DNA of 64,000 nucleotides from Ophelia neglecta (Eukaryota): NCBI GenBank assembly GCA_965285935.1, contig OZ260663.1, positions 61,876,001 to 61,940,000 of the forward strand, read 5' to 3'. Shown piece by piece: positions 27,546 to 40,400 of this stretch (position 1 is its first letter; each line of letters starts with the position of its first letter). The notes under the pieces were generated by a model. It saw only the letters and a program-made list of their open reading frames with translations, ran no database searches and was not told where the DNA came from. The position numbers and the translations under genes were made by a program.

Positions 27546-27800
27546 ATAAATACGCTGGTATAAGCTACCGCTTGCGAATGGAAGGCGAAACATATTGACT
27601 AAGATGAAAATGAACACTGCCTACATGAAAATCCAGATTAGCACCACACGAGTGTACAATTATCTAAACTTTATCGTGTGATCTATGTTAATACATTAAG
27701 TGCATTATGCTGAGTTCATTGTGGTAAACTTGTTGTTCCGATAGGTGATAACCCAAAAATTTTAAAAAATCAATATTTTGTGCGTGTAGATTAAAGGAAA
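27546..27800 (+). other. Terminal (3' UTR) exon of hairpin-peptide gene 2
   Basis: ctttgtttcag|ATAAATACGC...TTGCGAATGGAAG is homologous to 16703 and 31952. ATTAAA at ~27790. Confidence 0.65.
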
Positions 27801-28317
27801 ATGCCCGATTATATATGTATTTACCTTATTTTAGACTAATCAAGCCATTGCTAGTGAAGTTCGTGGTGCACTTTAAATGTATTCAAGGCTATAGTTGTTG
27901 TCATTTACGTGTCTGGTAACCTTTTTTGACATTTATATGATAGTAAATCGTTGTCTCCCTAAATCATTTATAATTGCCTTTAGTTTCGTCTCGGATAATA
28001 TACTTAATAATTAACTGTCTACTGACCTTTAGTTTTGTCTCGGATAATATACTTAATAATCTAATGTCTACTGACCAAATATAGCACAAGAACCATAATG
28101 TTAACAAGCGAAATGCCAGATATGCGATTGATTCAATATAGTGCCAATGAAATTTGCTATCTGGTTATTTATTCCAGTACAAATCATTTCGTAGAACAAA
28201 GCTTAGCATTTCTTACTATTTACTTGAAGAGCCTTATATCAATCCACAGTCCAAAAAGCAATAAATGGCATATCATCTTTATGCAAAAAAAGTGTCTTTA
28301 AAGTGAGCAGACTGTCC

Positions 28318-28400
28318 AAAAGTGGTAAAACTGTTACAAAGAGTGGTGATACTATACAAAAAAGTGGTGATACTGTTCAAAAAAGTGGTGATACTGTTCA
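28318..28400. repeat. 21-bp tandem repeat (4 copies) within a dispersed repeat remnant
   Basis: AAAAGTGGTGATACTGTTCAA-like unit four times; it generates the spurious KSGDTVQ ORF. Confidence 0.8.
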
Positions 28401-30540
28401 GACCGCGGATTATGTTTTAAAACAAGCTATTACAAAGAAACAAAATGAGGAGCAGTATTATAAAAACAAATCAAAGACCAGTACTGCAAGAAAAAAATGC
28501 ACTCGGCGAAAAATAAAAGACAAATCCTATATGCAAATTTTTTCGACGAGTTTTGTTTCAACAAAAACTGCCAAGTATCTTTTAATTCCGTATATAAAGT
28601 TGTGAGTGCAAGATGGCCCTTTTATCAGTGAAACTGATTTGTGTATTCTCCATCATACGACCTGTGGTTTCTGTATGTATCACCCTTGGTAATAATAAAT
28701 CAACCCTTTTAAAGTATTGTAATTTTTAAATGCATTACACGGTTTTGTATGCTATTACTGTACATGTATGTATATTGTATGTGACGTATTACGTATTGTA
28801 TGGCTTTGTATTGCTTGGTTTTGTGAAACGACTTTAAAGTCATTCATCGAAATCCTTATTTCTATGCATGAATATCTAAAATAAGATTTATGCCTAAAAG
28901 GATGCTGATAGAACATATATAATTATAAAGGACAATTCACTGAACGTTGTAATATTTTGTATGATATTGTATTGTAGTACACAACTTCGTATATAACAAT
29001 TTTAAAGTCTTTCATCGAACACCTCTTTATCTAAGATGATAGTATTCGGGATTATCATGAGAGTGAACAGAACGTATATGCAAGTTTATTAAATATAAAT
29101 GTGATGTTCTTACAACCCCCTATGTGAATCCTGCATACTCACTATCTGACAAGATATGTAACATTGAATGCCTGATTTAGACGTACTTTTCACAGTTTAT
29201 TTAATATTGACAGATAAATAGATATGATTTCAACATATAATTCTAATACAACACATCTGCATCGTACAATTAATGTCACTCAATAAACTTGGCAATTCAA
29301 ATAATGAACTTATTTGTTTGTATTCTAAATAAGTATATCGTTAATACTTTCAAACACTTTTTGAAGAGCACCTCCGCTATTGGAGGAAAGAATGGGTGTT
29401 TTCGGCCGAGATGCACCTACCTGAGTTAGCTGCTTGTTGAGCCTTTGACAGTTAACGATTCTTATTGTCAACTACATGTATAGTGGAAGTTAGCTGACAA
29501 TTGATTTGACGATTCCAATTGATGAATCGACATAAATTCCCCGGGAATGTGTCCCAAAGTGGCCCTCAATGGAAGTCATTATCTGCTTACTAAGAGGCTA
29601 ATGCTGCTTTCGCCTCTGCTTTCGTCGTTTACATTAACCCGTGGAGTTGATTGATAGACCTCACTGTTCAATGTGTGTGTAATGGCCTGCTAAGGTTAGC
29701 CTCTACCTTTCTTTCGTTGAGAATTTGTTGTAACATCCCTGTTACCGGGAATCGCCCTGAAATCAACACCCATATTGTGTCATCTCGTGATTTATAGTAG
29801 GCATTTTAATGAAGGGCGTTTCGAAACAGGGAAACTTCATTTAGCCTTTTGGGTAATACTTTCCAACTTTCCAACCCTTTTCTCTGCACATGCTTATAAA
29901 TATACCACTATTTTTCAATTTCAAGGGAGGCTGATAAAAAAGACCCTTTTTTTCAATTTCTCAGGAGAAAAAAACGGAAATGTACACCTTTTTCGGTAAT
30001 TCTCGGGCCCGAGATCAAAGCCCAAAAAGTACCCCTTTACCGAGAAATCGTGAACGCGCATGCGGCCCCCCAAACCCAGGGAGAGGGGGGGCCGGGCCGT
30101 ATAGTAGTCCGTTCTTGGACCGTACCGGTTCCTGTACCAAACTTGCTGCTTCTTATTGCTACCTTACACAACCGTACTCAATAGGTAATGTTCTAACGTT
30201 AATATTATTTCGTATTAGGTTTTGAAACACCATCCCACAGGGTATCCCTGGTTGGGACAATCGTAGCGTAGTGGGTTCGGGGAGACATTCGTGGTTGGTT
30301 TGACTGGCTTTAGGTTAAGTCTGGAGACGGGGTACTAGCGTAACGTTTACGTGAAAAACTGTGGGAGGAACGTGCTTAAACTGAAACTTATTAGAGAACC
30401 GTGTTCAAATCGTCATCAGTCAGTTTCCAATCCGTACCAGCGGTGTGACTGAACCACGCACAAACGTACAAACACCGTACACAACCGTACCCTGCAGGCC
30501 GTAGAGGGGAGATGGGCGTGGCCTTCTAGATGCCGATGGT

Positions 30541-31255
30541 TACTTACAATATTCGTCTTATAGACGGGCCGCCGAATTTATCGCTTTTCATGAGTTTGCA
30601 TTTGCCGCTTGCATTGGAACGCTTACGTCACTGCATTGGATATTGTTGTTAGGGAGATTCCGTTGGATGCCACTCCGCACGTCGCCATGGCTGGATTGCC
30701 GTTATGTCGTCTTAGACAAGATTTATCGGGGAGTCCCTTCTATTCATGGTTGGCAGCTCGCCATCTCCGCAACACTCTCAACAGTTGAAATTGAAATGAA
30801 TTGAGCTTCGGAGATTTCTCGATGAGTGTATCCGTTAATGTGTTTTTATATATGGTAGACTTCTCGCCACCGTAAATCGGTAGACAGTGCTTTCACCCTG
30901 GAATGTACTCGCACTCATACACCAGTAACTTTTGGGAAAATCCACTCAGATTGCTGAATCAATCGATAGGCATAGATGTCCCTCTGTTCAGGACGTGATA
31001 ATCACAAACAATCAGCAAACTCTCCAGTCCGTAAAACATCTGTTGATCAGGTGAAGGGATTCCCTGATAAATCTAGTCCAAGACGTCATAACGGCAATCC
31101 AGCCAATTGGCGACGCGTGGAGTGACATCCAAACGGAATCTCCCTAACAACAGTATCCAATGCAGTGACGTAAGCGTTCCAATGCAAGCGGCAAATGCAA
31201 ACGCACGAAAAGCGATACATTCCGCGACCCATCTATACGACGTATATTGTAAGTA
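30541..31255. mobile_element. Foldback-type MITE with ~200-bp terminal inverted repeats
   Basis: 30541-30740 is the reverse complement of ~31053-31255 (TACTTACAATAT... / ...ATATTGTAAGTA), flanked on both sides by ATGGT (probable TSD). Confidence 0.9.
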
Positions 31256-31483
31256 ATGGTTATAGGCTCATTCATTAACCGACTCGAATCAGCGCTCCAC
31301 TCGGCACACCGTGACCTAGGCTTGACTCCCAGGATTATTAAATGCCTACCATACTCTAAAGTATCATAATAGTGCATAGCTCTTAAAAATATTTAACGGT
31401 TGAATAATTATTGGCACTTAAAGCAGATTACTTTTTCTCTCGGTGTTTTGATTGTGAACATTCTTTTCTTTTCTATATCTCAG

Positions 31484-31697
31484 TTAGAAATGATGACTAC
31501 CGCACATCGGAATTGTCGCAACTAGTCCGGACCTTGAACATTCTTCAGAATATGTTACACATAAGACCCTCTTCGGAATTATCATCACCCGGGGTAGGGG
31601 AGGTAGCAGAACAGAAGCGAGGTCCTAGAAGCTGTATAAGTGACTGTTTGGATAATAGCGTGGTGGATCTCTACGTGTGTGAGGCAGCCTGCGAATG
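31484..31697 (+). CDS. Hairpin-peptide gene 3, main coding exon: propeptide, KR, mature GPRSCISDCLDNSVVDLYVCEAACE
   Basis: Acceptor tctcag|, phase 1, homologous propeptide SELSQLVRTLNILQNML, KR, C-X3-C-X10-C-X3-C. Donor TG|gtagga; TGA is completed by the exon at 31952. Confidence 0.85.
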
Positions 31698-31951
31698 GTA
31701 GGAATTCTATCATACATTAATGTTCTTTATCAAAGTCGGGATATATTTCAGGTTTAAAAAACAGAAAATAGTATTCGCTTTTTCTGTAACAATTTTGATT
31801 AACAATTCATAGATTAAAAGAAAGTAGCGGCAAAAAAATGTTCTCTCTTAAATTTAATAATAATATATTTTTATAGGAATTTATATTTAATGACTTATTT
31901 GGTTTTAATGCTTCATTAATTTATATAGGCCTACATATCTTTTCCTTTCAG

Positions 31952-32350
31952 ATAAATCCGCCCACAACCGAGTTGCGCTCGGAAGAGAAGGGTACACAGG
32001 GTTCAGCATGAATACTACTCGTCGAACAAACCCGAAGACATCCTGCCGACTTTCCTTCGCCGCTGAAAGCTACTGAGACAATCTCTGATAATATTTTTCG
32101 AGAAGAATGTGACAATTATTCTTTAAGTAGAATAGACTTATATCGATTATCGACTACATCTAGTGTATTCATTTATTCAGTTTCTGAATGTCAATAGGCC
32201 TATTAAATGTCAATCGTGTCCACTGTGTTTGTCTTATTAACCTTTGCCTAGAACCTAGATACAGGCAGCGTTTATCTGAGGACCGTCAACTAATATTGCC
32301 ACATTTAAATATAACCGTTTGGAAGAGAATCGGCTGTTTCATAATAAACT
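31952..32350 (+). other. Terminal (3' UTR) exon of hairpin-peptide gene 3
   Basis: ttcctttcag|ATAAATCCGC...TTGCGCTCGGAAG; ATTAAA at ~32202 and AATAAA at ~32343. Confidence 0.65.
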
Positions 32351-33154
32351 ACACCAAGGTGTAACAAAATGGGTGAAAATTAAAGTTCCAAAACATGACC
32401 TAACTTTACCATTTTTCAAAACCTAAGTACCCTTGGCACAAAAACCTGAAATATCTTTGAGTATTCGTTCTTCGTTGTGGAATTAAAGTACTTTTTATAA
32501 TACAGTATTGAATATTTTCAGTCAAGTCATAAATAAGTGTTATTTGTTCATATCCCAAGTAAATTAGGCATGTGACAAGTAAAATTTTGTACAAGATATT
32601 GCTTAAGGTATACATCATAAGATTTGATAGAGGCAAACACTTTTTTTCTAACATTTGACCAATGAATGCCAATTTTCCCCTTTCTCGATCCATGTAAGAA
32701 AAGAAGAGTTTCCCATCTTTCAAGCTGTAATGTACACTTTTTTGTCTAGGGAAATGTTTCTTAGCCTGTACGATGTCCATCTTATTGGAGAATCTAGGGA
32801 AAAAAACTGAAGATTAATATTTAAGTTACTTATTTGGTAGCATCCTTCCAAACTATTCGTTGATTTCGTTGCGGACACTACAAAATTTCGTTGCGGACAC
32901 TACAAAATCACTTCACATCATCTTTTGAATCAATTGCACCTTTTATTTAGTGTAATCTTAGTTCAGTAGCTTTAGCAGTAGTAACTTGGGGCTAGAAAAA
33001 CTTCAATTATTTTGTAGCATCCCTTCAAATTATTCATTGATTTCGTTGCGGACACTACAAAATCACAAGAATATTTGACCCAAACTTCACATCTTTTGAG
33101 ACAATTGCACATTGTATTTCATTGTATTTACTGCAGTATTGGTATTTAGTTATA

Positions 33155-33222
33155 AATACCCATATGAATACCCATATCTAAATACCCATATCTAAATACC
33201 CATATCTAAATACCCATATCTA
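33155..33222. repeat. 14-bp tandem repeat (AAATACCCATATCT, ~5 copies)
   Basis: Directly visible. Confidence 0.85.
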
Positions 33223-34403
33223 AGCTGAAAAGAGGATTTCAATGACCTACCTGCACCTCAAGGCCGTATGAAATACAGTGTCCGCAACTAATGTTTTTCC
33301 TTGTAATAATAGAACAAATCACAATTTTTATAATACGTTAATGATTGTTAACTTAAAAATTTGTTAAAGGCGACCAAATGGCACGTCTCATCAATTTAAC
33401 GTCAATTGTAGCCTTTTATCAATATGGCCTTACATTATGCTGAATAATATAATTTCCAGAATAAATTGGAATTATTAAGTGACAATTATAAGAAAAGGCA
33501 ACCTAGACTTTGAATTTCAGCAAGGAATGATCATCTATGTTCAGAAAGAAGAAAAAGATAGCAATTATTGTAAGAATTCGTTGCGGACTTGACCACAAAT
33601 CAAGGTATAAACCTGACTGAACAACACTGACTAAAAAGTATTGGAATGTGACTCTGAAAAATTTTGAGAACAAAAAGTACCACTTTGGACAATCTGGAAA
33701 AGAAAATGTTGCTTTGAATTTGCCTCATGAAAAGAAATCTGACTTAGGGTAAAAGGCAAGCCCCCCCCCCCCCCAGAATTTTAAACAGGGGCGAACATTT
33801 TTTAGTGGGAAAAGCGACGACCTTCTCCTGTTTCATTGAACAAATAGACATGATCCTCCCCCCTCCTCCGGTGAAATGCCTGCCGATGTTTGTTCCCAGG
33901 CAAAAGTTTAGGGAGAAAAAGGTTGCGATAAACTGTGGAAAAACGTGACATGTCATCCCCCCCCCCCCCCCCCCACATCGAATAAATGCTAATTAATGGT
34001 GAATGCTCATTTAAATCAAGTGCACGCAAACATTTCACAATTTTTTAGCCTTGATCACTCAAATGTACCGTATGACAGAATTTACTTTATCTGTTTATTG
34101 CCATTTGGCAGCCAGATTTGTTTTTGAAAACGCTTATATACTTATATGTTTTATACACAAGGTAAGTTCAGGGCCTAACGTTACTTTTCAGCTTACTATG
34201 AAACTTAAAGCCAGATCAAAGTTTTTCACAAATTTCCACGATCGCGATCCCCCTTTCCCGTTTAACAGTATAAAATGGGTGCTGCCTTTTATACTACTGA
34301 AATTGTCATCAAAGTTCGTTCATGTTGACTACTATGAGTTGTTCAGTAGACTACTATGATCAGTTGAGTATTGATCAACAAAACTGATCACATGACACTA
34401 AAT

Positions 34404-37400
34404 ATGGCAGCTACACATGGTGCAGAACTTTGTCAACAAGTCATTACATTTTTACTTGTTTTTGTGCAGATATGTGGTGTCCGAGGGAAAAAAATTGTTC
34501 ATAACAGCCTGAAAGAGTAAGTCTCATTACAATCACATTGTTTGCATTACTATGATATTTCTTAACCCGATGAAGGACGGTAAAATACATAATCCTGTAT
34601 AAGATCACGGCTATAAGGAAATAGGGTGGGAGGCTACTTGGTCTCTTGAAAAAGACAATGTCTTGATGTGAATATTTGAATAATCAATTTAAGACTGTTT
34701 CGAACATTTCGATTTTTACAAGGACCCGAGTTGAAAATATCATTTTTTAAGTGGGCTGTGTCACCTGTGTCTGATTGTGGTGATGGTACTGAGCCTGACC
34801 TAAAATTCTATAGTTATCTAAATTGTAATGTATACATAGAGGTTGTTGGGCTAATTAACCCAAAACACCAGACCTCCACTATTTTCCCCTTGCTAGACCT
34901 GGAGCAGTATTGAATTGTGCCATTTACGACTAGATCTACCTGTACTATTTGTAACTCTACCAGGGAAAACAAATTTATTATGAGTAGCTAAGCAATACTT
35001 TTATTGTGCTGAAAAATAAAATAACAATCCTTTGATCATCATTTGTTCTTTTTCTTTTCACAGATTAGAAGGCCCTGCACTTGGGATTACATTGGACTTG
35101 CTACCGCCTTATAAATATTTTCATGGACCAAGACATAAAAATCGTTTCGTAAGAGACTGTCAGCCTGCTGAGTATGGAAATATCACATACTCCCTCTACC
35201 AATCACATTCAGACCTCAGTGCAGATCTTCCAGTGGTTGAACAGAGACGATTTGTGAAAGACATGGGGCAGTATTCATGGAATAAAAACCACGTGTATGG
35301 GCATCATTTCATCATAAACAATCCTGAATTGACTGTATCAGTATTAGAACCAGGAACTAGTGGTGGATGCTCCAGGCACTCTGTAGCGACTGTAGCAGAA
35401 ACTGCCAAACAGAAAAATTGTATAGTGGCTGTGAATGCAGGTTTTTTTAATACAACCTCACACCATTGCCTAGGTCATTATCATCTCAATCTTTTGGTAA
35501 CAAGCATGAAGAATTAAATTGTGTATTGTATAATGTTAGGGCTATTCAATATAAAGCATAAAAAGGGGTAGAATACCTGTCCTTCTTTTATCCCCCTCGT
35601 CCAGTATATATAAGTTTCTTACAAAAGAATCCTCTAGCATTATCGTGTCTTCTTGGGATCAGGGGTGGACATAAAAAACCTAAAAGAGTGTTCTATGCCC
35701 CCCCCCCCTCCCCTTCCCCCATTACAATTTCAAATGGAATAGCTCATACCTATTTTCATGAGATAGCAGGCATTAACAAGTTTATCTGATGCAGCCAAGT
35801 GTCATGTTTCCAGCTGTGAGCACAGAATGTCATTAACTCATTCACTGCAGATGAGTGCTATGCCCCTAAATTTAGGGTAGTGCCTTCTGTAGCTAGCACT
35901 ACCGGGTAAATGAGTTAATCACAATGCTATTATGTTGTTATGTATTTATGTATTTATCTTTCAGGAAATTTAGTTAGTGATGGTAGGGAGGTTTTCAACT
36001 CTGGAGGGATACAGAATGCTCATTTTGGGATTACTAAAAATGGTTCCCTCTATTTTGGGTTAGTAACTAGGTCATAGACCAGATCTGATATTACAATAAC
36101 ATGATTGTTGATGGTATATTGCTATAAACACAGTGATACCAATAAACAAATGAGCATCCAGTTCGCTCTGCCAGTAACATCCTTGGATTATGGCAAGCCA
36201 TGCTAAAGGCAGATAAAGCAGCTTGTCATTGGACAGAGGCTGTAAGATCTGATGTAATCATAAAAGTCTTTCTGTTACTATTATGATCTCTAATTGTATA
36301 TCACACTTACTCTAGCTTGTGTACAGATATATTTAATATGCTTAATGGTCACTCATGTCTTTACATGGGATGATTTAAGGTATAAAAATTCACACTCAAT
36401 ATTACGTTATCAGAATTTGCCTGTATGTAATTTAATATGTTAAATCTGATTTGTTAGATACATTCCTGAGGATCATGCCTTAGCAGACCACTTCTCCCAG
36501 TTGGTCGGAGGAGTGATATGGCTAGTCAGGGACGGTGAGAATTATGTAGACCAGAGCAAATTAGCAGAATGTTCTGATAGCCAGGAAACAGGTACTGACA
36601 GATACTAGTATATTAGCTTTGTTCACTTCTTAATTCCTCAGGGTTATTCCATTAAAAAACATAATAGAGGTGGGGGATCTGGGACGCCCCTCCAAGATTG
36701 TGCCCTTAATCCACTTTGAATCATGGATGAACCTACATGGGTAAGAAATGTGTTCCATCCCACCACCCTATTCTGCTTAAAATGGAATAGCCCTCAGGAT
36801 ATTGCATTTCAAATGAGCGTACAACAAACAGTTAGAACAAAAATAATCCCATCCAACATTCCAAACTTGATTTATAGGGAGGAAAATCAACATGTATGTT
36901 GGATCATATCTCAGTATTGTAAGGAGCAGGAAATGTGCAGTATTTTTTATTTGTCTGATGCAGGTAATTTGCAGACCTTTATAGACGTGCAGTCAGCCAG
37001 GACTGCAGTTGGGCATGATGCAGACGGCAGGTTGATAATAGTACAAGTAGAGGGAAAGTCATGGCAAAGAGGGTAAGGCATCAAGAAAGTTCTCTGCATG
37101 AAGAAAAAGAATAATATTTTCTTGCTTTTCAAGGAAGAGAATTCAAAGGCACATGCCAGCTCATATTTTTGTAATGTAACATTGGATCACCAGTGTAGCA
37201 ATGCCTATTTCCATGCGGAATAAGACAGATATTGCTGCATGAATTTATATTTGACCCTTGGGGAAGTCTGTCTTCATTTTAAACTTGTCTGGTAAATATG
37301 AAAGTTTCCACCTTTCCATAATCTCATGTGCAGTAGATATATTCTATAAATTTATCAACCTAAGTATTCCCCCTTGTTTAATTCCTTTGTAGTACCAGCC

Positions 37401-40400
37401 TGTATGACTTAGCGGAGCTGTTGATAGAGCTAGGAGCTGTAAACGCCATCAATCTTGATGGCGGGGGATCGTCATCAGCTGTAGTGGAAGGAGTCCTTGT
37501 CAACTACCCGTCAGACTCCTGGTAAACCCATTCTGCTTGTATCAGCTGTCTGTGTGGTGGGACTCGGGGCAAACCATTCTCATTGTATCAGCTGTCTGTG
37601 TGTCAGACTCCTGGTAAACCCATCCTCATTGTATCAGCTGTCTGTGTGTCAGACTCCTGGTAAACCCATTCTCATTGTGTCAGCTGTCCGTGTGGTCAGA
37701 CTCCTGGTAAACCCATTCTCATTGTGTCAGCTGTCTGTGTGTCAAACTCCTGGTAAACCCATCCTCATTGTATCAGCTGTCTGTGTGTTGGGACTCCTGG
37801 TAAACCCATTCTCATTGTATCAGCTGTCTGTGTGTTCAGACTCCTGGTAAACCCATTCTCATCGTATCAGCTGTCTGTGTGATCAGACTCTGGTCACATG
37901 CACTGTCACCTGTGGGTCACTAGGTCAAAAGGGTTGGGGCAGGATAATTCTATTGTTGTATTACAGCATAGCACTGTAAGTGTAGCACTATTTTCAGGTA
38001 ACCCATTTTGCATCCCAAACTGTGCTTTGGGCCCTTTGTGCCTTTCAAAAATAAAACATCAGTTGAGTATAAGTTTCACTTGGTTCCTTTATTACTTTTT
38101 CAGCGAACATGGCAACTTTACTTATGGCTGTGCAAGAAAAGTCTCCTCAGTTCTTTGTGTTCATGACCTGCCTTGTTCTGAGGGGTGTAATGGCCATGGT
38201 GACTGTGTCCATGGTCAGTGTCACTGCCATGACTACTGGGCTGGCCCTGCTTGTACTCAGCTACAGTGTGGCAAGAAAAACTGCTCTTCACATGGAACCT
38301 GCACACCAAGTAAGTACCAACATCATACCTGCTTATTCAACAAAATATTGACAATATTTGATGACCTAAAATGGTGCATATCAGATGTCTTCTAGGAGAT
38401 GAGAAGATGATAATAACCTTATACTATAATATCTAACTATTGAAATGAAGAGTATTAAACTGGGCATATATATTACTGTAATACAAGACAATAGTACATT
38501 TTAACCGGCCATTTGCTGTACGATAATTGAGTAATACTGTCTTATAGTGTAATACGTACACCTTTCGGACATGTAATATTAACATCAGTTGAGTGGTTTT
38601 CACCCACATTTAAATTTCAGCTGCCCCCCCCCCCCCCCCCAACCTCATAATGAACACCTCCCTATTTCGGTGTCTTCAAGATGTTGTTGCTTTTCATGAG
38701 CTTGGAAGTATCTGTATTATATATTCTGTACTGATATTGATATGATTTATGCCCTAAAACCACTGATATTCCTGTATGATCTGTAGCTGGCTGTGACTGT
38801 CACCCTGGCTGGATAGGTGGCCAGTGTGACAAGCTGTGTAAACTGGGATGGTACGGACACCAGTGTAGAAACCCCTGTAACTGTAAGATGGGGCACTACT
38901 GTAACCCTCATACTGGTCAGTGTTACTGTCTGGCTGGCTTCATGGGCTTCCACTGTGAACAAGGTAAGGCACCCCAATGTAAATTTATCTTTCCTATGAC
39001 TAAACTAATAGGCTAGTTTTAAACTAAATGTAATCATTTGCATAATGATAACCTGGAAAGTTTAATGGTCCTCAGCAAATGTTATGGGGCGCAAAATATA
39101 AGGGTTTTAGAGTATTTGAAACATTTCCCTTGCAAAATCGTCAATCATGGTCCTTAACTTGTTGTGTGCATAGAATAACTTATTTGGTAAGAAGATAAGA
39201 CGTTTGGCCCGGCAAGCCACAGGCGATATGTGTTTTTTATGAGTTTCTAAGTATTTGTCTCTTAATTGTGAAGACAAGCTGAAAACCGAGGTTAATGATT
39301 AATAGTTATGATGTTTTTGGGTGTGATACAGAGTGTCTTTATGGTACGTACGGTGAAGACTGTCGGGGGATGTGTGACTGCCCTTCCAGTTGTGGCTGTG
39401 ATCATGTGACAGGGGACTGTCATCTTATATCTACAAACTCTACATTATGGCAAGGTAAGCTTGAGTATAACGTTGCTGTACTCACTGTCAGGTCACTGTA
39501 TTATTATATACATTATGCATTTTAAACATATTCAACATATCAAATTTGAACTAATAGCTTTTATCCCTAGGGAAGGCAAATGAGAATGTTCATGTTGCAT
39601 ATATGACATAAAGTTAGGGACTCCTCAAGTTTTAGAGCTTGCTAAAAATAATCTGAGGTGGTGGTAGACGGGTTCATAGTTCAGATAGTGGCAAGTGGGG
39701 GGGGGGGGGGGGGGAGGCGGAGGGCGAAAAGTGCAGAAGAGATTTATTGACATTTCCAAAGGATTCTAGATCCTAGTAGTGCTGTTTTTTTTTTGTTTTT
39801 TTTTAACAGACATATTCTTTTACTTTTTATTTACCAGCTGGCCATTGCCTTGGACATCACCTCATAGTGGAAAGTAACAAGTTAGTTGTGGACCCTCAGG
39901 AAGTCAGGTGTGTTTGATATGAATATGGAATATAGTTAAAAATACAACCTTGAAGTTGTGAACACAGGTGTATGGTTTTAGTTATACCTGAAAGTGTACC
40001 CAACAACATGTTAATAAGAAACAGATATGTGAGTTTTAAAATGGTCTGATATGTTAGCACATATACATGAACCCTTTCTGTGACAAGTTTATAATGTAAC
40101 TATAACACAAAGACTGTTATGATTATCGGGTGAGAGGCTATACAATGATTTATGCAGCTGTCTTGTGATGCATGCCTCTCATCATTGTTTTGTATCTTTT
40201 CAGAATCTGGTTTATCACCATAGTCATTTTGTGCCTCATCTCAGTCGCTAGCATGGTGCTCAACATATCGCTGATTTGCACCGCATGTCATCGACATAAC
40301 AAGGAGAAAGCAGTGAACTTAAATTCCTCCAAACGCAAAAAGCATGTTTACAAAACTTCAATTATTGATGATAGCAGTTCTGCTGATGACGAATTCAGTG

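Noticed and set aside
28303-28605. 100-aa Lys-rich ORF with KSGDTVQ repeats
   Set aside because: It derives from a 21-bp tandem repeat in a dispersed element, with a GTG start and no splice or homology support.
37497-37850. 117-aa ORF, and CRISPR-like look of the 46-bp array
   Set aside because: It is a translation of an intronic minisatellite; there are no unique spacers or cas genes, and the context is eukaryotic.
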